Assembly: GCA_023399375.1 (NCBI GenBank)
Contig: JAEWPX010000048.1
Coordinates: 25,319-89,318, forward strand
Length of the DNA stretch: 64,000 nt
Reading direction: 5' to 3'
From: Pseudomonadota bacterium
GTDB lineage: Bacteria; Desulfobacterota; Desulfovibrionia; Desulfovibrionales; Desulfovibrionaceae
Numbering within the stretch: position 1 is the first letter of the stretch; every line of letters begins with the position of its first letter. Under the pieces are notes generated by a model. It saw nothing but the letters and a program-made list of their open reading frames with translations, did not search any database and was not told the origin of the DNA. The position numbers were made by a program, and so were the translations under genes. This document shows positions 48,342 to 57,971 of this stretch, in pieces.

Positions 48342-50060
48342 TTGCAAAAAAACTGGATCTTTCCGCCAAACGGCGACGGCCCGGCCCTGTCCATGGCCGA
48401 GGCCCTGGGCATTTCCCCGGCCATCGCCGCCCTGCTCCTGCGCCGCGGCTGCGATACGGCCGAGGCCATGGACGCCTACCTTTCGCCAGGGCTGCGCCGC
48501 CTCATGCCGCCTGCGGCCATCCCAGGCATGAACGAGGCCGCGGCGCTCCTCGCCCGCACCCTGGACGCCGGCGGCAAGGTCGCCATCTGGGGCGACTATG
48601 ACGTGGACGGCATCACGGGCACGGCCCTGCTCGTGGAATTCCTGCGCGGCCGCGGGCACGAGCCCTTGTGGCGGCTGCCCGAGCGCGCGGCCGAGGGCTA
48701 CGGCCTCAACGCCTCCGGCATCGAGGAACTGGCCGCGGCCGGGGCGACGCTGCTCGTCACCGTGGACTGCGGCATCGGCGGCGTGGCCGAGGTGGCGCGC
48801 GCCAAGGAGCTGGGGCTCGGCGTCATCGTCACGGACCACCACCTACCCGGCCCGGAACTGCCGCCGGCCGACGTGGTGGTCGATCCCAAGCTGGCCGAGG
48901 GTCCGGGGTGGGATCTGGCGGGCGTGGGCGTGGCCTTTTTCCTGGCCGCGGCGCTCAACCGCCTGCTGCCCGGCGAGCCGTCCGACGTGCGCCGCCTGCT
49001 CGACCTCGTCGCGCTCGGCACCCTGGCCGACGTGGTCCCGCTGGCCGGCCAGAACCGCATCCTGGCCAAAAACGGCATGCTGCTGCTGGCCGAAGCGCCG
49101 CGTCCCGGCATCCACGCCCTGAAGGAAGTCTGCAACCACAACCCCAAGGCCGCACTGACGGCGTCCCAGGTGACCTTCGGCCTGGCCCCGCGCATCAACG
49201 CCGCAGGCCGCATGGGCCATCCCGACGCGGCGCTTTCCCTGCTGCTGGCCCCGGACCTGGACACGGCCCGGCCGCTGGCCGCGGAACTCGACGCCGAGAA
49301 CGCCCGCCGCCGCGCCGAGGAGGACGCCATCCTCGCCGAGGCCATGGCGCAAGCCGAGGCCGGGCCGGACCGCTTCGGCCTGACCCTGTTCGCGTCCCAC
49401 TGGCATCAGGGCGTCATCGGCATCGTGGCCTCGCGCGTGGCCGAGCGGCGCAACCGCCCCACCCTCATTCTCACGAGCGACCCGGCCAAGGGCCTCCTCA
49501 AGGGCTCGGGCCGCTCCATCGAAAACTGCGACCTGCACGGCCTGTTGTGCGAAATCGCGGACGTGCTGCAAGGTTTCGGCGGCCACAAGCAGGCGGCCGG
49601 CCTCTCCATCCTCCCGGAAAACCTCGACGCCCTCGGCCGCGCCTTCGACGCGGCCGCTGCCCGCGCCCTGGGCCCGACGGTGCCGCCGCCGACGCTGCGC
49701 CTGGACGGGGAACTGTCCTTCGGCGAGGTCACGGCCGCGCTCGTGCGCGAGCTCGGTTTGCTCGAGCCGTTCGGCTGCGGCAATCCCGAGCCGCTGTTCG
49801 CGTCGCCGCCCGTATCGGTGCTGTCGCGCCGCGTTTTTGGCGAAAACCATGTTGCGGTTTCGCTGCGCGATGCGGCTGCGGGCGTGACGCTTCGTGGCAA
49901 GGCCTGGCGCATGGCCGACGTTTTCGGGGAGCGCAGCGCGGGCCGCGCGATACGCGTGGCTTATACGCCAAAAATGTCGTACTTTTCGGGAGTGCCGGAA
50001 ATCGAGTTGCGACTTCGCGACATACAGGAAGATGCCCCCCGAAACATTTCAAATCTGTAA
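48342..50060 (+). CDS. recJ: single-stranded-DNA-specific exonuclease RecJ
   Basis: DHH motifs 'IWGDYDVDGITG', 'LVTVDCG', 'VIVTDHH', and DHHA1 'GGHKQAAG'. Confidence 0.93.
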   Translation: MQKNWIFPPNGDGPALSMAEALGISPAIAALLLRRGCDTAEAMDAYLSPGLRRLMPPAAIPGMNEAAALLARTLDAGGKVAIWGDYDVDGITGTALLVEFLRGRGHEPLWRLPERAAEGYGLNASGIEELAAAGATLLVTVDCGIGGVAEVARAKELGLGVIVTDHHLPGPELPPADVVVDPKLAEGPGWDLAGVGVAFFLAAALNRLLPGEPSDVRRLLDLVALGTLADVVPLAGQNRILAKNGMLLLAEAPRPGIHALKEVCNHNPKAALTASQVTFGLAPRINAAGRMGHPDAALSLLLAPDLDTARPLAAELDAENARRRAEEDAILAEAMAQAEAGPDRFGLTLFASHWHQGVIGIVASRVAERRNRPTLILTSDPAKGLLKGSGRSIENCDLHGLLCEIADVLQGFGGHKQAAGLSILPENLDALGRAFDAAAARALGPTVPPPTLRLDGELSFGEVTAALVRELGLLEPFGCGNPEPLFASPPVSVLSRRVFGENHVAVSLRDAAAGVTLRGKAWRMADVFGERSAGRAIRVAYTPKMSYFSGVPEIELRLRDIQEDAPRNISNL

Positions 50061-50226
50061 TCTTCGTGTAAATTATTTCAATATGTTAACGCCTCACACG
50101 ACCTTGCTCCATTTCGTAACAATCGCATAGAGTTGCACCGTGATGGTGGAATCGGCTTCGCCAGCCCGGCCCGCCGTCACGGCCGTTCGGCAATCGTAAC
50201 CGGATCACGCAAGGAGGGAGGATTCC

Positions 50227-51702
50227 ATGAAACGTTTTGGCATTCTGGCCATCGCCGCCGCCCTGCTCCTGGGCTCGGCCATTGGCGCGTCCGCCGCGAC
50301 CGAAGTGAAAATGGTCGGCGACGCCTTCGTCTATGGCACGTTCAACGCCAACCAGAACTTCACCGGTTGGAGCACGGGCACCTGGGACAACAATTCCGGA
50401 GCCTACACCGGCGCCGGCAAGCAGACCGAAGACCGCTTCCAGATCTGGGAGCGCTTTCGTCTGCGCACCGACTTCGTGGCCAACGAGGCCGTGAAGTTCC
50501 GCCTGGGCATCAAGGTGCAGGACACCTGGGGTCACGGCACCTTCACCGCCGCCAACCCGGCCGTCGCGGTTGAAGTCTACCAGGCCTTCCTGCAGTTCAA
50601 AATGCCGGACTGCAACGTGGAAGTGACCGCCGGTCTGCAGGACTTCTCCCTGCCGGCCAACGCCTTCTTCACCGACTCCGTGGTGTTCGGCGGCGACCGC
50701 GCCGCCGCCCTGGTCGTGAACGCCCCGATCAACGAGAACTTCTCTGTTGTCGCGGCCTACTCGCGCATGCTGGACAAGAACCGGACCTTCGACACCACCA
50801 CCACCCAGCAGGCCGACGAACTGGACGCCTACGTCCTGGCTCTGCCGATCACCCTCAACGGCTTCAAGGCCACCCCGTGGGGCACCATCGCCGTCGCCGG
50901 TCGTGACGCCAACTACTTCACCGCCGGTTCCTACGGCCCCAACTCCACCTTCGCCGACAGCCTGCTGTCCGCCGGCACGTTCCTGACCCCCACCGGCATG
51001 CGCAACGCGCAGAACGCCTACTGGTGGGCCGGCGGCACCTTCGAGGTGACCGCGCTCGACCCGGTGAAGTTCTACGCCGACGTGATCTACGGTTCCGGCA
51101 ACCAGGGCGACCGCAAGAAGGACCGCCGCGAAGGCTGGTTCATCGACCTCGGCGCCGAGTACACCGGCCTCGACATCCTCACTCCGCAGGTGTTCGCCTG
51201 GTGGTCCACGGGCGAAGACAAGTCCACCCGCAACGGTTCCGAGCGTATGCCCTCGATCCTGTCCAACTGGGGCCCGGGCAACAGCTTCCTGTTCGACTGC
51301 TCCCAGGATCTGCTCAAGCAGGGCAACATGGGCGTCAACCCCATCGGTTCCATGGGCATCGGCGCTTCGCTCAACAACATCTCGTTCATCGAGAAGTTGA
51401 GCAACCGCCTGACCTTCGTCTACCTGCGCGGCAACAACTCGGCTTCGGCCATCCGCTACCTGAACACCTACATGGGCAGCAACCCGTACTTCACCATGGG
51501 TCGCGACCTGACCACCAACGAGTACATCATCGGCGCCAACTTCGACACGACCTACCAGATTTATGAAAATCTGGCCGCCGTCGTGGAGACCGGTTGGGCG
51601 CACGGCGACTTCCAGACCAGCGTCTGGGGTCACCGCCTGGCTGACAAGGCCCGTCAGGGCGACGCCTGGAAGGTCGCCTTCGGCCTGACCTACAAGTTCT
51701 AG
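50227..51702 (+). CDS. outer-membrane porin (Desulfovibrio-type trimeric porin family), paralogue 1
   Basis: Signal peptide 'MKRFGILAIAAALLLGSAIGASA|A', alternating aromatic beta-strand pattern and C-terminal 'FGLTYKF'. AAGGAGGGAGGA precedes the ATG. The family assignment is from memory of Desulfovibrio porins. Confidence 0.75.
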   Translation: MKRFGILAIAAALLLGSAIGASAATEVKMVGDAFVYGTFNANQNFTGWSTGTWDNNSGAYTGAGKQTEDRFQIWERFRLRTDFVANEAVKFRLGIKVQDTWGHGTFTAANPAVAVEVYQAFLQFKMPDCNVEVTAGLQDFSLPANAFFTDSVVFGGDRAAALVVNAPINENFSVVAAYSRMLDKNRTFDTTTTQQADELDAYVLALPITLNGFKATPWGTIAVAGRDANYFTAGSYGPNSTFADSLLSAGTFLTPTGMRNAQNAYWWAGGTFEVTALDPVKFYADVIYGSGNQGDRKKDRREGWFIDLGAEYTGLDILTPQVFAWWSTGEDKSTRNGSERMPSILSNWGPGNSFLFDCSQDLLKQGNMGVNPIGSMGIGASLNNISFIEKLSNRLTFVYLRGNNSASAIRYLNTYMGSNPYFTMGRDLTTNEYIIGANFDTTYQIYENLAAVVETGWAHGDFQTSVWGHRLADKARQGDAWKVAFGLTYKF

Positions 51703-51729
51703 CGTATTCCCGTTCCGCCGACGGCCAAA

Positions 51730-51762
51730 GGCCGGGGCTCGCCAGCCCCGGCCTTTTTTTTT
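51730..51762 (+). terminator. rho-independent terminator after porin 1
   Basis: GGCCGGGGCT-cgcc-AGCCCCGGCC followed by T9. Confidence 0.85.
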
Positions 51763-51819
51763 CGCCCCCATTCGCCGGCGGCCTCCCCCGCGAAGGCTTC
51801 GCCTGTTCACCTCGTCCGC

Positions 51820-52578
51820 TCAAGATTCCGGACTGCAACGTGGAAATGCCCACCGCCCTACAGAGCCTGTTCTTCCCGACCGGCAGACTCCTCACCGACT
51901 CCGTGGAGTTCGGTGGCGCATTCGAGGCACCGCGCTCGATCCGATCATGTTCCACGCCGACGTGATCCACGGCGCCGCCGCGCAGAACGACCGCAAGTGG
52001 GCCAAGCGCGAAGGCTGGTTCATCGCCCTCGGCGTCGAGTATACCGGCTGGGACGTGCTCACCCCGCAGGTCTTCGGCTGGTGGTCCACGGGTGAAAACA
52101 AGTCCACCCGCAACGGCTCCGAGCGTATGCCGCAGGTCCTGCCCAACTGGGGTCCGGGCAACAGCTTCCTCTTCGACGACAGCCAGGAACCGGGCAAGGA
52201 ATCCAACATGGGCGTCAACCCTGTCGGTAACTGGGGTACGGGCGTGTCCCTCAACAATATCTCGTTTGTCGAGAAGCTCTCCCACATCCTGACCTTCACC
52301 TATGTGCACGGCAACAACGCCAAGGCCCTCCGCTACCTCAACGGGACCCTGGGCACCAACTCGTACTACGTCATGGGCCGCGACCTGACGACCAACGAGT
52401 ACCTGCGCGGCGTCAACTTCGACACCAAATACATGATCTACGAAAACCTGGCCGCCATCCTCGAGACCGGCGGGTCCCACGGCGAGTACAGTCCAGCGTC
52501 CGGGGTCACCGCCTGGCCAGCAAGTCCCGCGACGGCGACGCCTGGAAGGTCGCTTACGGCCTGACCTACAAGTTCTAG
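51820..52578 (+). pseudogene. decayed porin paralogue (5'-truncated, internal deletion, frameshift)
   Basis: Homology to porin 1/2 begins inside the gene ('IPDCNVE..'), with no signal peptide or SD. The segment equivalent to about 130 aa between 'FGG' and 'FEVTALDP' is missing. A 1-nt frame change near 52488 separates '..LETGGSHGEY' from the still recognisable 'SSVRGHRLASKSRDGDAWKVAYGLTYKF*' frame. Confidence 0.8.
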
Positions 52579-52610
52579 TCCCGCGCGAAGCGCGCGCCTG
52601 CGACGCAAAG

Positions 52611-52638
52611 CCGGCCCCTTCGGGGACCGGCATTTTTA
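52611..52638 (+). terminator. terminator hairpin after the porin pseudogene
   Basis: CCGGCCCC-ttcg-GGGACCGG (one mismatch) followed by CATTTTTA. Paralogous to the porin 2 terminator. Confidence 0.6.
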
Positions 52639-52987
52639 TGGAAAGGCCTTCCCGGGACGGGTGATCTGCGAGCCATGCCGCACCAGGTTATCCACAGGAC
52701 CGTGACAGTGCGAGGGGACAGTGCAGGAGGGTAAGGACTGCGGAAAAATGGAACAATACGTTCTCATGTTTATTATTTCTTACTGATATCACTGCAAATT
52801 ACAACATTACAATTCAGAAATAAATTATGATTTTAGAAAACTTTGCTCGAAAATTAGACACACGCATCTTGTCGCAACCGGAAACACGCGATACGAATTG
52901 AAGCGTGTCTGTGGAGAACTCGCCTGTCTTCGCAGCACGCGCGCCACCGGTTTCCGGTCCCATAACCGCGTTCGGGAGGAAGGAATC

Positions 52988-54469
52988 ATGAAACGCATGC
53001 TGCCTCTTGCCTTAGTCGCCGTGTTCGCCCTGTGCGCCTTCGCCAGCGCCCAGGCGGCCACCGAAGTGAAGATGACCGGCGATGCCCGCATCTACGGCGT
53101 CTTCTTCGCACAGCACAACTACACCGGCTGGAACAACGCCAGCTGGACGTCGAACACCCCGACCTACTCCGGGGCCGGCAGAAAGACCGAAGACCGCTTC
53201 GAGATCTGGGAACGCTTCCGCCTGCGCACCGACTTCGTGGCCAACGAGGCCGTGAAGTTCCGCCTGGGCATCAAGGTGGAGGACACCTGGGGCCATGGCA
53301 CTTTGACCGCCGCCAACCCGGAAGTGGCCATCGCCGTCTACCAAGCCTTCCTGCAGTTCAAACTGCCGGACTGCAACGTGGAAGTGACCGCCGGCCTCCA
53401 GGACATCGACCTGCCCATCAGCAAGATGTTCTACGGCAGCCCGGTCTTCGGCGGCGACCGCATCGCGGCCCTGACCGTCAAGGCCCCGCTGATCGACAAC
53501 ACCCTGGCCGTGCTCGCCGGTTTCGGCCGCCTCATCGACACCAACCGCACCTACGACACCACCACCACCCAGGTGGCGGACGAACTCGACGCCTATTTCA
53601 TGGCCCTGCCCATCACCCTCGAGGGCTTCAAGGCCACCCCGTGGGGCGTCATCGCCGTGGCCGGCAAGAACGCCGGCTACTTCACCACCGGCGCTTCGAC
53701 CTTCTCTTCGGCTTCCTTCGCCGAAAACCTGGTCTCCGCCGGCACCTTCATGACCCCGGCCCTGTGGAAGAACGACCAGAACGCCTACTGGTGGGCCGGC
53801 GGCGCGTTCGAAGTCACCGCTCTTGATCCGGTCAAGTTCTACGCCGACGTGATCTACGGCGCCGGCGCCCAGAGCGACCGCAAGAAGAGCAAGCGCGAAG
53901 GCTGGTTCATCGACCTCGGCGTCGAGTACACCGGCTGGGACGTGCTGACCCCGAAGGTCTTCGGCTGGTGGTCCACCGGTGAAGACCACGCCACCCGCAA
54001 CGGTTCCGAGCGCATGCCCGCCCTGCGTCCCAACTGGGGTCCGGGCAACAGCTTCCTGTTCGACGACAGCCAGGAACTGGCCAAGAACTCCAACATGGGC
54101 ATGAACCCCATCGGCGCGTGGGGCCTGGGCGCCTCTCTCGACAACATCTCGTTCGTCGAGAAGCTGACCCATCGCCTGACCTACACGTACCTCCACGGCA
54201 ACAACAATCCGTCGGCCATCCGCACCCTCAACACGGCCATGGGCAGCAACCCCTACTTCGTGATGGGCCGCGACCTGACCACGGACGAGTTCGCCATGGG
54301 CGTGAACTTCGACAGCAAGTACATGATCTACGAGAACCTGGCCGCCGTCCTCGAGACCGGCTGGGCCCACGGCCAGTTCCAGACCAGCGTCTGGGGCCAC
54401 CGCCTGGCCGAGAAGTCCCGTTCCGGCGACGCCTGGAAAGTCGCCTTCGGCCTGACCTACAAGTTCTAA
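52988..54469 (+). CDS. outer-membrane porin, paralogue 2
   Basis: 'MKRMLPLALVAVFALCAFASAQA|A' signal peptide. Collinear with porin 1 and ends 'FGLTYKF'. GGGAGGAAGGA precedes ATG 52988. A long AT-rich upstream region covers 52640-52970. Confidence 0.78.
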   Translation: MKRMLPLALVAVFALCAFASAQAATEVKMTGDARIYGVFFAQHNYTGWNNASWTSNTPTYSGAGRKTEDRFEIWERFRLRTDFVANEAVKFRLGIKVEDTWGHGTLTAANPEVAIAVYQAFLQFKLPDCNVEVTAGLQDIDLPISKMFYGSPVFGGDRIAALTVKAPLIDNTLAVLAGFGRLIDTNRTYDTTTTQVADELDAYFMALPITLEGFKATPWGVIAVAGKNAGYFTTGASTFSSASFAENLVSAGTFMTPALWKNDQNAYWWAGGAFEVTALDPVKFYADVIYGAGAQSDRKKSKREGWFIDLGVEYTGWDVLTPKVFGWWSTGEDHATRNGSERMPALRPNWGPGNSFLFDDSQELAKNSNMGMNPIGAWGLGASLDNISFVEKLTHRLTYTYLHGNNNPSAIRTLNTAMGSNPYFVMGRDLTTDEFAMGVNFDSKYMIYENLAAVLETGWAHGQFQTSVWGHRLAEKSRSGDAWKVAFGLTYKF

Positions 54470-54497
54470 AGCGGTTTTGCGGAAATCGCTGGCGCGG

Positions 54498-54526
54498 ACC
54501 GGGCCCTTCGGGGCCCGGTTTTTTTT
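54498..54526 (+). terminator. rho-independent terminator after porin 2
   Basis: ACCGGGCCC-ttcg-GGGCCCGGT followed by T8. Confidence 0.85.
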
Positions 54527-54546
54527 GCGGCGGACGCCGTCCGGTC

Positions 54547-55911
54547 TCAGCGCCCCTTGGGCAGGCACCACAGCGGCAGGACCGCGCCCGAAACCGCGGA
54601 GGCCACGCCGTCGGCGTCGAGGCTCCGGTCCGAGGGAGAGGCGCTTATGGGCGTCTGCCCCCTGGCCAGAAACGCCTTGACCGTGGCCAGGGGCACCACG
54701 AAACCCATCTCGGCCGGGGTTTCGCCCAGCCGATCCCGCGCCCCGGCCGTGTCGCGCCGCGCCGTGACCACGCCGGCCACATGGCCTGCGGCGTCGAGCA
54801 GCGGGCCGCCGCTGTTGCCGGGCAGCACCTGCGCCGTAATCGCCTGCTCGCCGCGCGGCCCCGCCCCGTCTGCCAGGATCCGTGTGCGCCCGGCCGTGAC
54901 GCGCATCCCGCCGCTGACGGCCGCTTCCCCGGGGTAGCCCGCGGCAAAGACAGCCGCGCCCTCCGGCACTTCCCCGCCCTCCCGAAAAACCAGCGCCCGC
55001 GGCGGAGCCACGGCCAGTTCGAGCAGGGCGAGGTCGTTTTTCCGGTCGATGCGCGTCACGCGCGCCGCCATCCGTTTGCCTGCAACAACCGCGACGACCC
55101 GGCCGCAGTCAGCGGCCACATGGGCGTTGGTCAGCACGTGCCCGAGCCTGCTGACCACGAACCCCGTGCCCGTGGCCAGGCGCTTCGCCGCTTCTTCCGG
55201 GGGCGGCCCCTTCGTGCCCCCCTTGGGACTTGCGGCTGTGCCCGCAATGGACAGGGCCACGGTGGGGTCGAGTTCTTTTCTGGCCGCCTCGGCCAGGGCG
55301 GCGAGGCGCGCAGCCAGTGCGGGATCGTCGCCGATCTGCGCCTGCCCCTGCAGGGCCAGCCGGTAAGCCATGGCCGGATCGCGCGCCGCCACACGCCCGG
55401 CAAGATGCAGCTCCCCCAGGGCCAGGGCGGCCTGGGGCGAGCCGGCCCGGACCGCGCGGCGCAAATAGCCGGGCGCGTCCGCGGCCGGGCCGCCCCGATT
55501 CTCCAGACGCATGGCCCCGAGCAGGAAAAGCGCGCGGGCCGAGCCTTTCTCCGCCGCAAGCTTGAGATACCGTCCGGCCTGCTCGTCGTCGCGAGGCACG
55601 CCGTCGCCGCGCAGATACAGGCGCGCCAAGTCGGTCATGGCCGGGACGTTGCCGGCGTCGGCCGCCTTGCGGAAAAGGCGCACGGCGGCCTGCGCATCGC
55701 GCGGCCCGCCCCGTCCGGTTTCGCGCATGACGCCCTGCAGGTGCAGGGCGGCGGGGCTGCCCGCGGCGGCCAGGGGCGCGAGCTCCCGCGCGGCCGCGGC
55801 ATCGTCGCCGCGTGCAAAGGCCCGCAGCGCCGCGTCGTAGTCCGCCCTTGCCGCGTGCGCCGCCCCGAGGGCCGCCACGACGAGGGCGCACGCGGCAAGG
55901 GCGCGCCTCAC
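54547..55911 (-). CDS. secreted Sel1-repeat protein fused to a trypsin-like (S1) serine protease
   Basis: GTG start 55911 (VRRALAACALVVAALGAAHA signal peptide) overlaps the upstream stop (GTGA). About five Sel1-like repeats ('AMTDLARLYLRGDGVPRDDEQAGRYLKLAAEKG'). Protease triad context 'TNAHV', 'DLALL', 'GNSGGPL'. Confidence 0.75.
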   Translation of the reverse strand: MRRALAACALVVAALGAAHAARADYDAALRAFARGDDAAAARELAPLAAAGSPAALHLQGVMRETGRGGPRDAQAAVRLFRKAADAGNVPAMTDLARLYLRGDGVPRDDEQAGRYLKLAAEKGSARALFLLGAMRLENRGGPAADAPGYLRRAVRAGSPQAALALGELHLAGRVAARDPAMAYRLALQGQAQIGDDPALAARLAALAEAARKELDPTVALSIAGTAASPKGGTKGPPPEEAAKRLATGTGFVVSRLGHVLTNAHVAADCGRVVAVVAGKRMAARVTRIDRKNDLALLELAVAPPRALVFREGGEVPEGAAVFAAGYPGEAAVSGGMRVTAGRTRILADGAGPRGEQAITAQVLPGNSGGPLLDAAGHVAGVVTARRDTAGARDRLGETPAEMGFVVPLATVKAFLARGQTPISASPSDRSLDADGVASAVSGAVLPLWCLPKGR

Positions 55912-56444
55912 GGCTTGTGTCCGTGCCCCGCATCCTTTTGCGGCGCGGGCGCGGGCGGGGAAGGCGGTGGCGCGTCGGCCGCCCGGCACAGGCCGTAGCG
56001 CTGGCTGATCTTGGGCATGGTCGCCGCATCGTGGTGCGAAGCCACCATGAGGAAATTGTCGGATGCGCCGGAATACAGGGGATAAACGGTCACGAGCGCC
56101 ATGCCGCCGTCGGGGTAGCGCGCCATGACGTGCAGCCCGATCGGGCTTACGGTGTAGACCGCAGGCGTTTCCCGGTCGTCCTCCTCGATCTGCGCCCGCT
56201 TCTTGTCCGCATCGATGATGTCGATGGTGAGCCCCGGCGTATTGGGGTCGAGCGGCGGCTTGACGGTCACCCCGCCCTGGGGCGTGAACCCGGCGTTGAC
56301 GCCGTGGGTGAAGGCGCAAGCCAGCCGCTTGGCCGCATAAAGCACCGCGGCCGGGTCGGCGGCCGAGGCGGCGGCCGGGGCGGGTTGCACGGTCAGGCAC
56401 AGACAGGCGGCCGCCAGTACCGCGGCCGTTGAAAAAACGCGCAT
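55908..56444 (-). CDS. secreted hypothetical protein (178 aa)
   Basis: Signal peptide 'MRVFSTAAVLAAACLCLTVQPAPAAASA', no recognised domain, Pro-rich/His C-terminal tail. Translationally coupled to the protease gene. Confidence 0.55.
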   Translation of the reverse strand: MRVFSTAAVLAAACLCLTVQPAPAAASAADPAAVLYAAKRLACAFTHGVNAGFTPQGGVTVKPPLDPNTPGLTIDIIDADKKRAQIEEDDRETPAVYTVSPIGLHVMARYPDGGMALVTVYPLYSGASDNFLMVASHHDAATMPKISQRYGLCRAADAPPPSPPAPAPQKDAGHGHKP

Positions 56445-56679
56445 GGGTTCCTCCGTGGCAGGGGATTTTTCCTGTTACCCGAGCAGTGTAACAGCCGACC
56501 GGAAAGGTCAAGCCGGGGTCTTCCCGACGCCGCCGTCCGGCCGGGCCGGGGCGACGGAAAGCGCTTGCCGCCAAAGCGCCCTTGACGTACTGTGCGTCCC
56601 CTCACGCCCCTGGCGTCGGCCGTGACTTCTCAGGTCTTACGCGCCGTAACCGGACGTGTTTTTTCGGAGATTTCGTATC

Positions 56680-57009
56680 ATGCAAAAGTATCGCGTATAT
56701 TTCGCCACCAAGGATCATGTCCCGACCCGCTGGTTCCGTCCGAAAAAAGAGATATCGGAAACGGAATACGTCGTCGTGCATGCGCACAATGAAGCGCATG
56801 CCTCCAAAGAAGCCAAGCAGCATGTCGATATCGCCGCACTGGGCATCCCGTTCCAGGTGACGCATATCGAGCGTGCCCCGGACAGCGAGCCCGAAGGCTG
56901 CCATGGGCAACTTGCCCGGCGCGTCGCGCCCCAGGCGGCGCAGCCCGAGGCCGAAGCCGCCCCCGAGCCCGCGCCCCTCGGGGAAGAAGCCGAAGAAAAA
57001 CAGGCGTAA
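56680..57009 (+). CDS. hypothetical protein (109 aa)
   Basis: CGGAGA precedes ATG 56680. The 5' two-thirds is noticeably less GC-rich than its surroundings. The tail is acidic and Ala/Pro-rich. Confidence 0.45.
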   Translation: MQKYRVYFATKDHVPTRWFRPKKEISETEYVVVHAHNEAHASKEAKQHVDIAALGIPFQVTHIERAPDSEPEGCHGQLARRVAPQAAQPEAEAAPEPAPLGEEAEEKQA

Positions 57010-57078
57010 CAGCGCCATCTTGCCCGCGCGCGCATGCCTCGAAGACCGGCCGCGTCGGCCCGGATCGGAGGACGCCCC

Positions 57079-57810
57079 ATGCTCACCGCCTTTCCCCGGG
57101 CCGTGCTGGCCCATGTCCGCGGCATCCGCTTCGCTTTCGCCCACAAGGGCTACCTGCTGCTGGCGCTGGCGCCCTTTGTCCTGACGTTGGTCCTGTTCGC
57201 GGCAGGGTTCGGTCTGTTCGCCTCCTCGGGAGACCGCGTGCTGGCCTTTTTCTGGTCGCCCGAGGCAGCGCCCGCGGGCGGCGCGCTCGGCGTGCTCTAC
57301 TGGTTCTACGTGCACGTGGCCAAGTACCTGCTCTACCTGCTCGCGGCCACGCTTGCGTATTTCCTGTTCATGGTCACGGCCAACATCCTGGCTTCGCCGC
57401 TGTATGACGTCGTAGCCGGGCGGATGCTCGCCGGTGCCCGAGGGCATGCCGCCGGAGAATCGCTGCCATGGTGGGCGGTGATGCTCGAGGAACTCAAAAA
57501 GGCGGCGTTCGTGGCCGCCGTGCCCATATTGCTGGTGTTCGTGCCGGTGGTCGGCCAGTTCCTGGCCCCGGTCGTTGCGGCCGCGTTTCTGGCCTTCGAC
57601 TTCCTGGACTTCGCCTTCTGCCGCGAGGAAGCGCATTTCGCCGCACGGCTGCGCCGCGCCGCGGCCAATCCCCTCACCCTGCTCGGCTTCGGCGCACCGC
57701 TGCTCATCCCGATTGTCAATATCGTGCTTTTTCCTTTCGCCATTTTTGGCGCGACGCTGCTTTATCTGGACACGTTCGGCCGCAATACGACAGACTCCAA
57801 GCATTCATGA
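57079..57810 (+). CDS. EI24/CysZ-like integral membrane protein
   Basis: GGAGGA precedes ATG 57079. Four or five TM helices with 'PLYDVVAGRM' and 'FLDFAFCRE', resembling the EI24/CysZ family, from memory. Confidence 0.5.
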   Translation: MLTAFPRAVLAHVRGIRFAFAHKGYLLLALAPFVLTLVLFAAGFGLFASSGDRVLAFFWSPEAAPAGGALGVLYWFYVHVAKYLLYLLAATLAYFLFMVTANILASPLYDVVAGRMLAGARGHAAGESLPWWAVMLEELKKAAFVAAVPILLVFVPVVGQFLAPVVAAAFLAFDFLDFAFCREEAHFAARLRRAAANPLTLLGFGAPLLIPIVNIVLFPFAIFGATLLYLDTFGRNTTDSKHS

Positions 57811-57971
57811 CATTTTGGCAACATACGCCCGGCGCTGCCGGTTTTAAGCTATAGGTCGGGCGCTTCACAAGCGACGCGCCGCCTCGGCTCCCCCTCGCGG
57901 CAAAAGGACCGCCATTCCATGCAGCATCCCTTTTTCGCGGCGCGCCGCGCACGCCTTCGGAGCGTCGCCGC

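Noticed and set aside
50131-50165. Weak sigma54-like GG-N10-GC ('TGGAATCGGCTTCGC') upstream of porin 1
   Set aside because: Only the GG/GC dinucleotides and one T match the TGGCAC-N5-TTGC consensus. This is likely chance in GC-rich DNA.
52581-52638. 'GACGCAAAGCC' plus a preceding CGCGCG-AAG-CGCGCG hairpin, reminiscent of c-di-GMP-I (GEMM) riboswitch blocks
   Set aside because: It lacks the 'GGCAAACC' block and the GNRA/receptor arrangement. The hairpin is paralogous to the porin 2 terminator and sits at the 3' end of a pseudogene.
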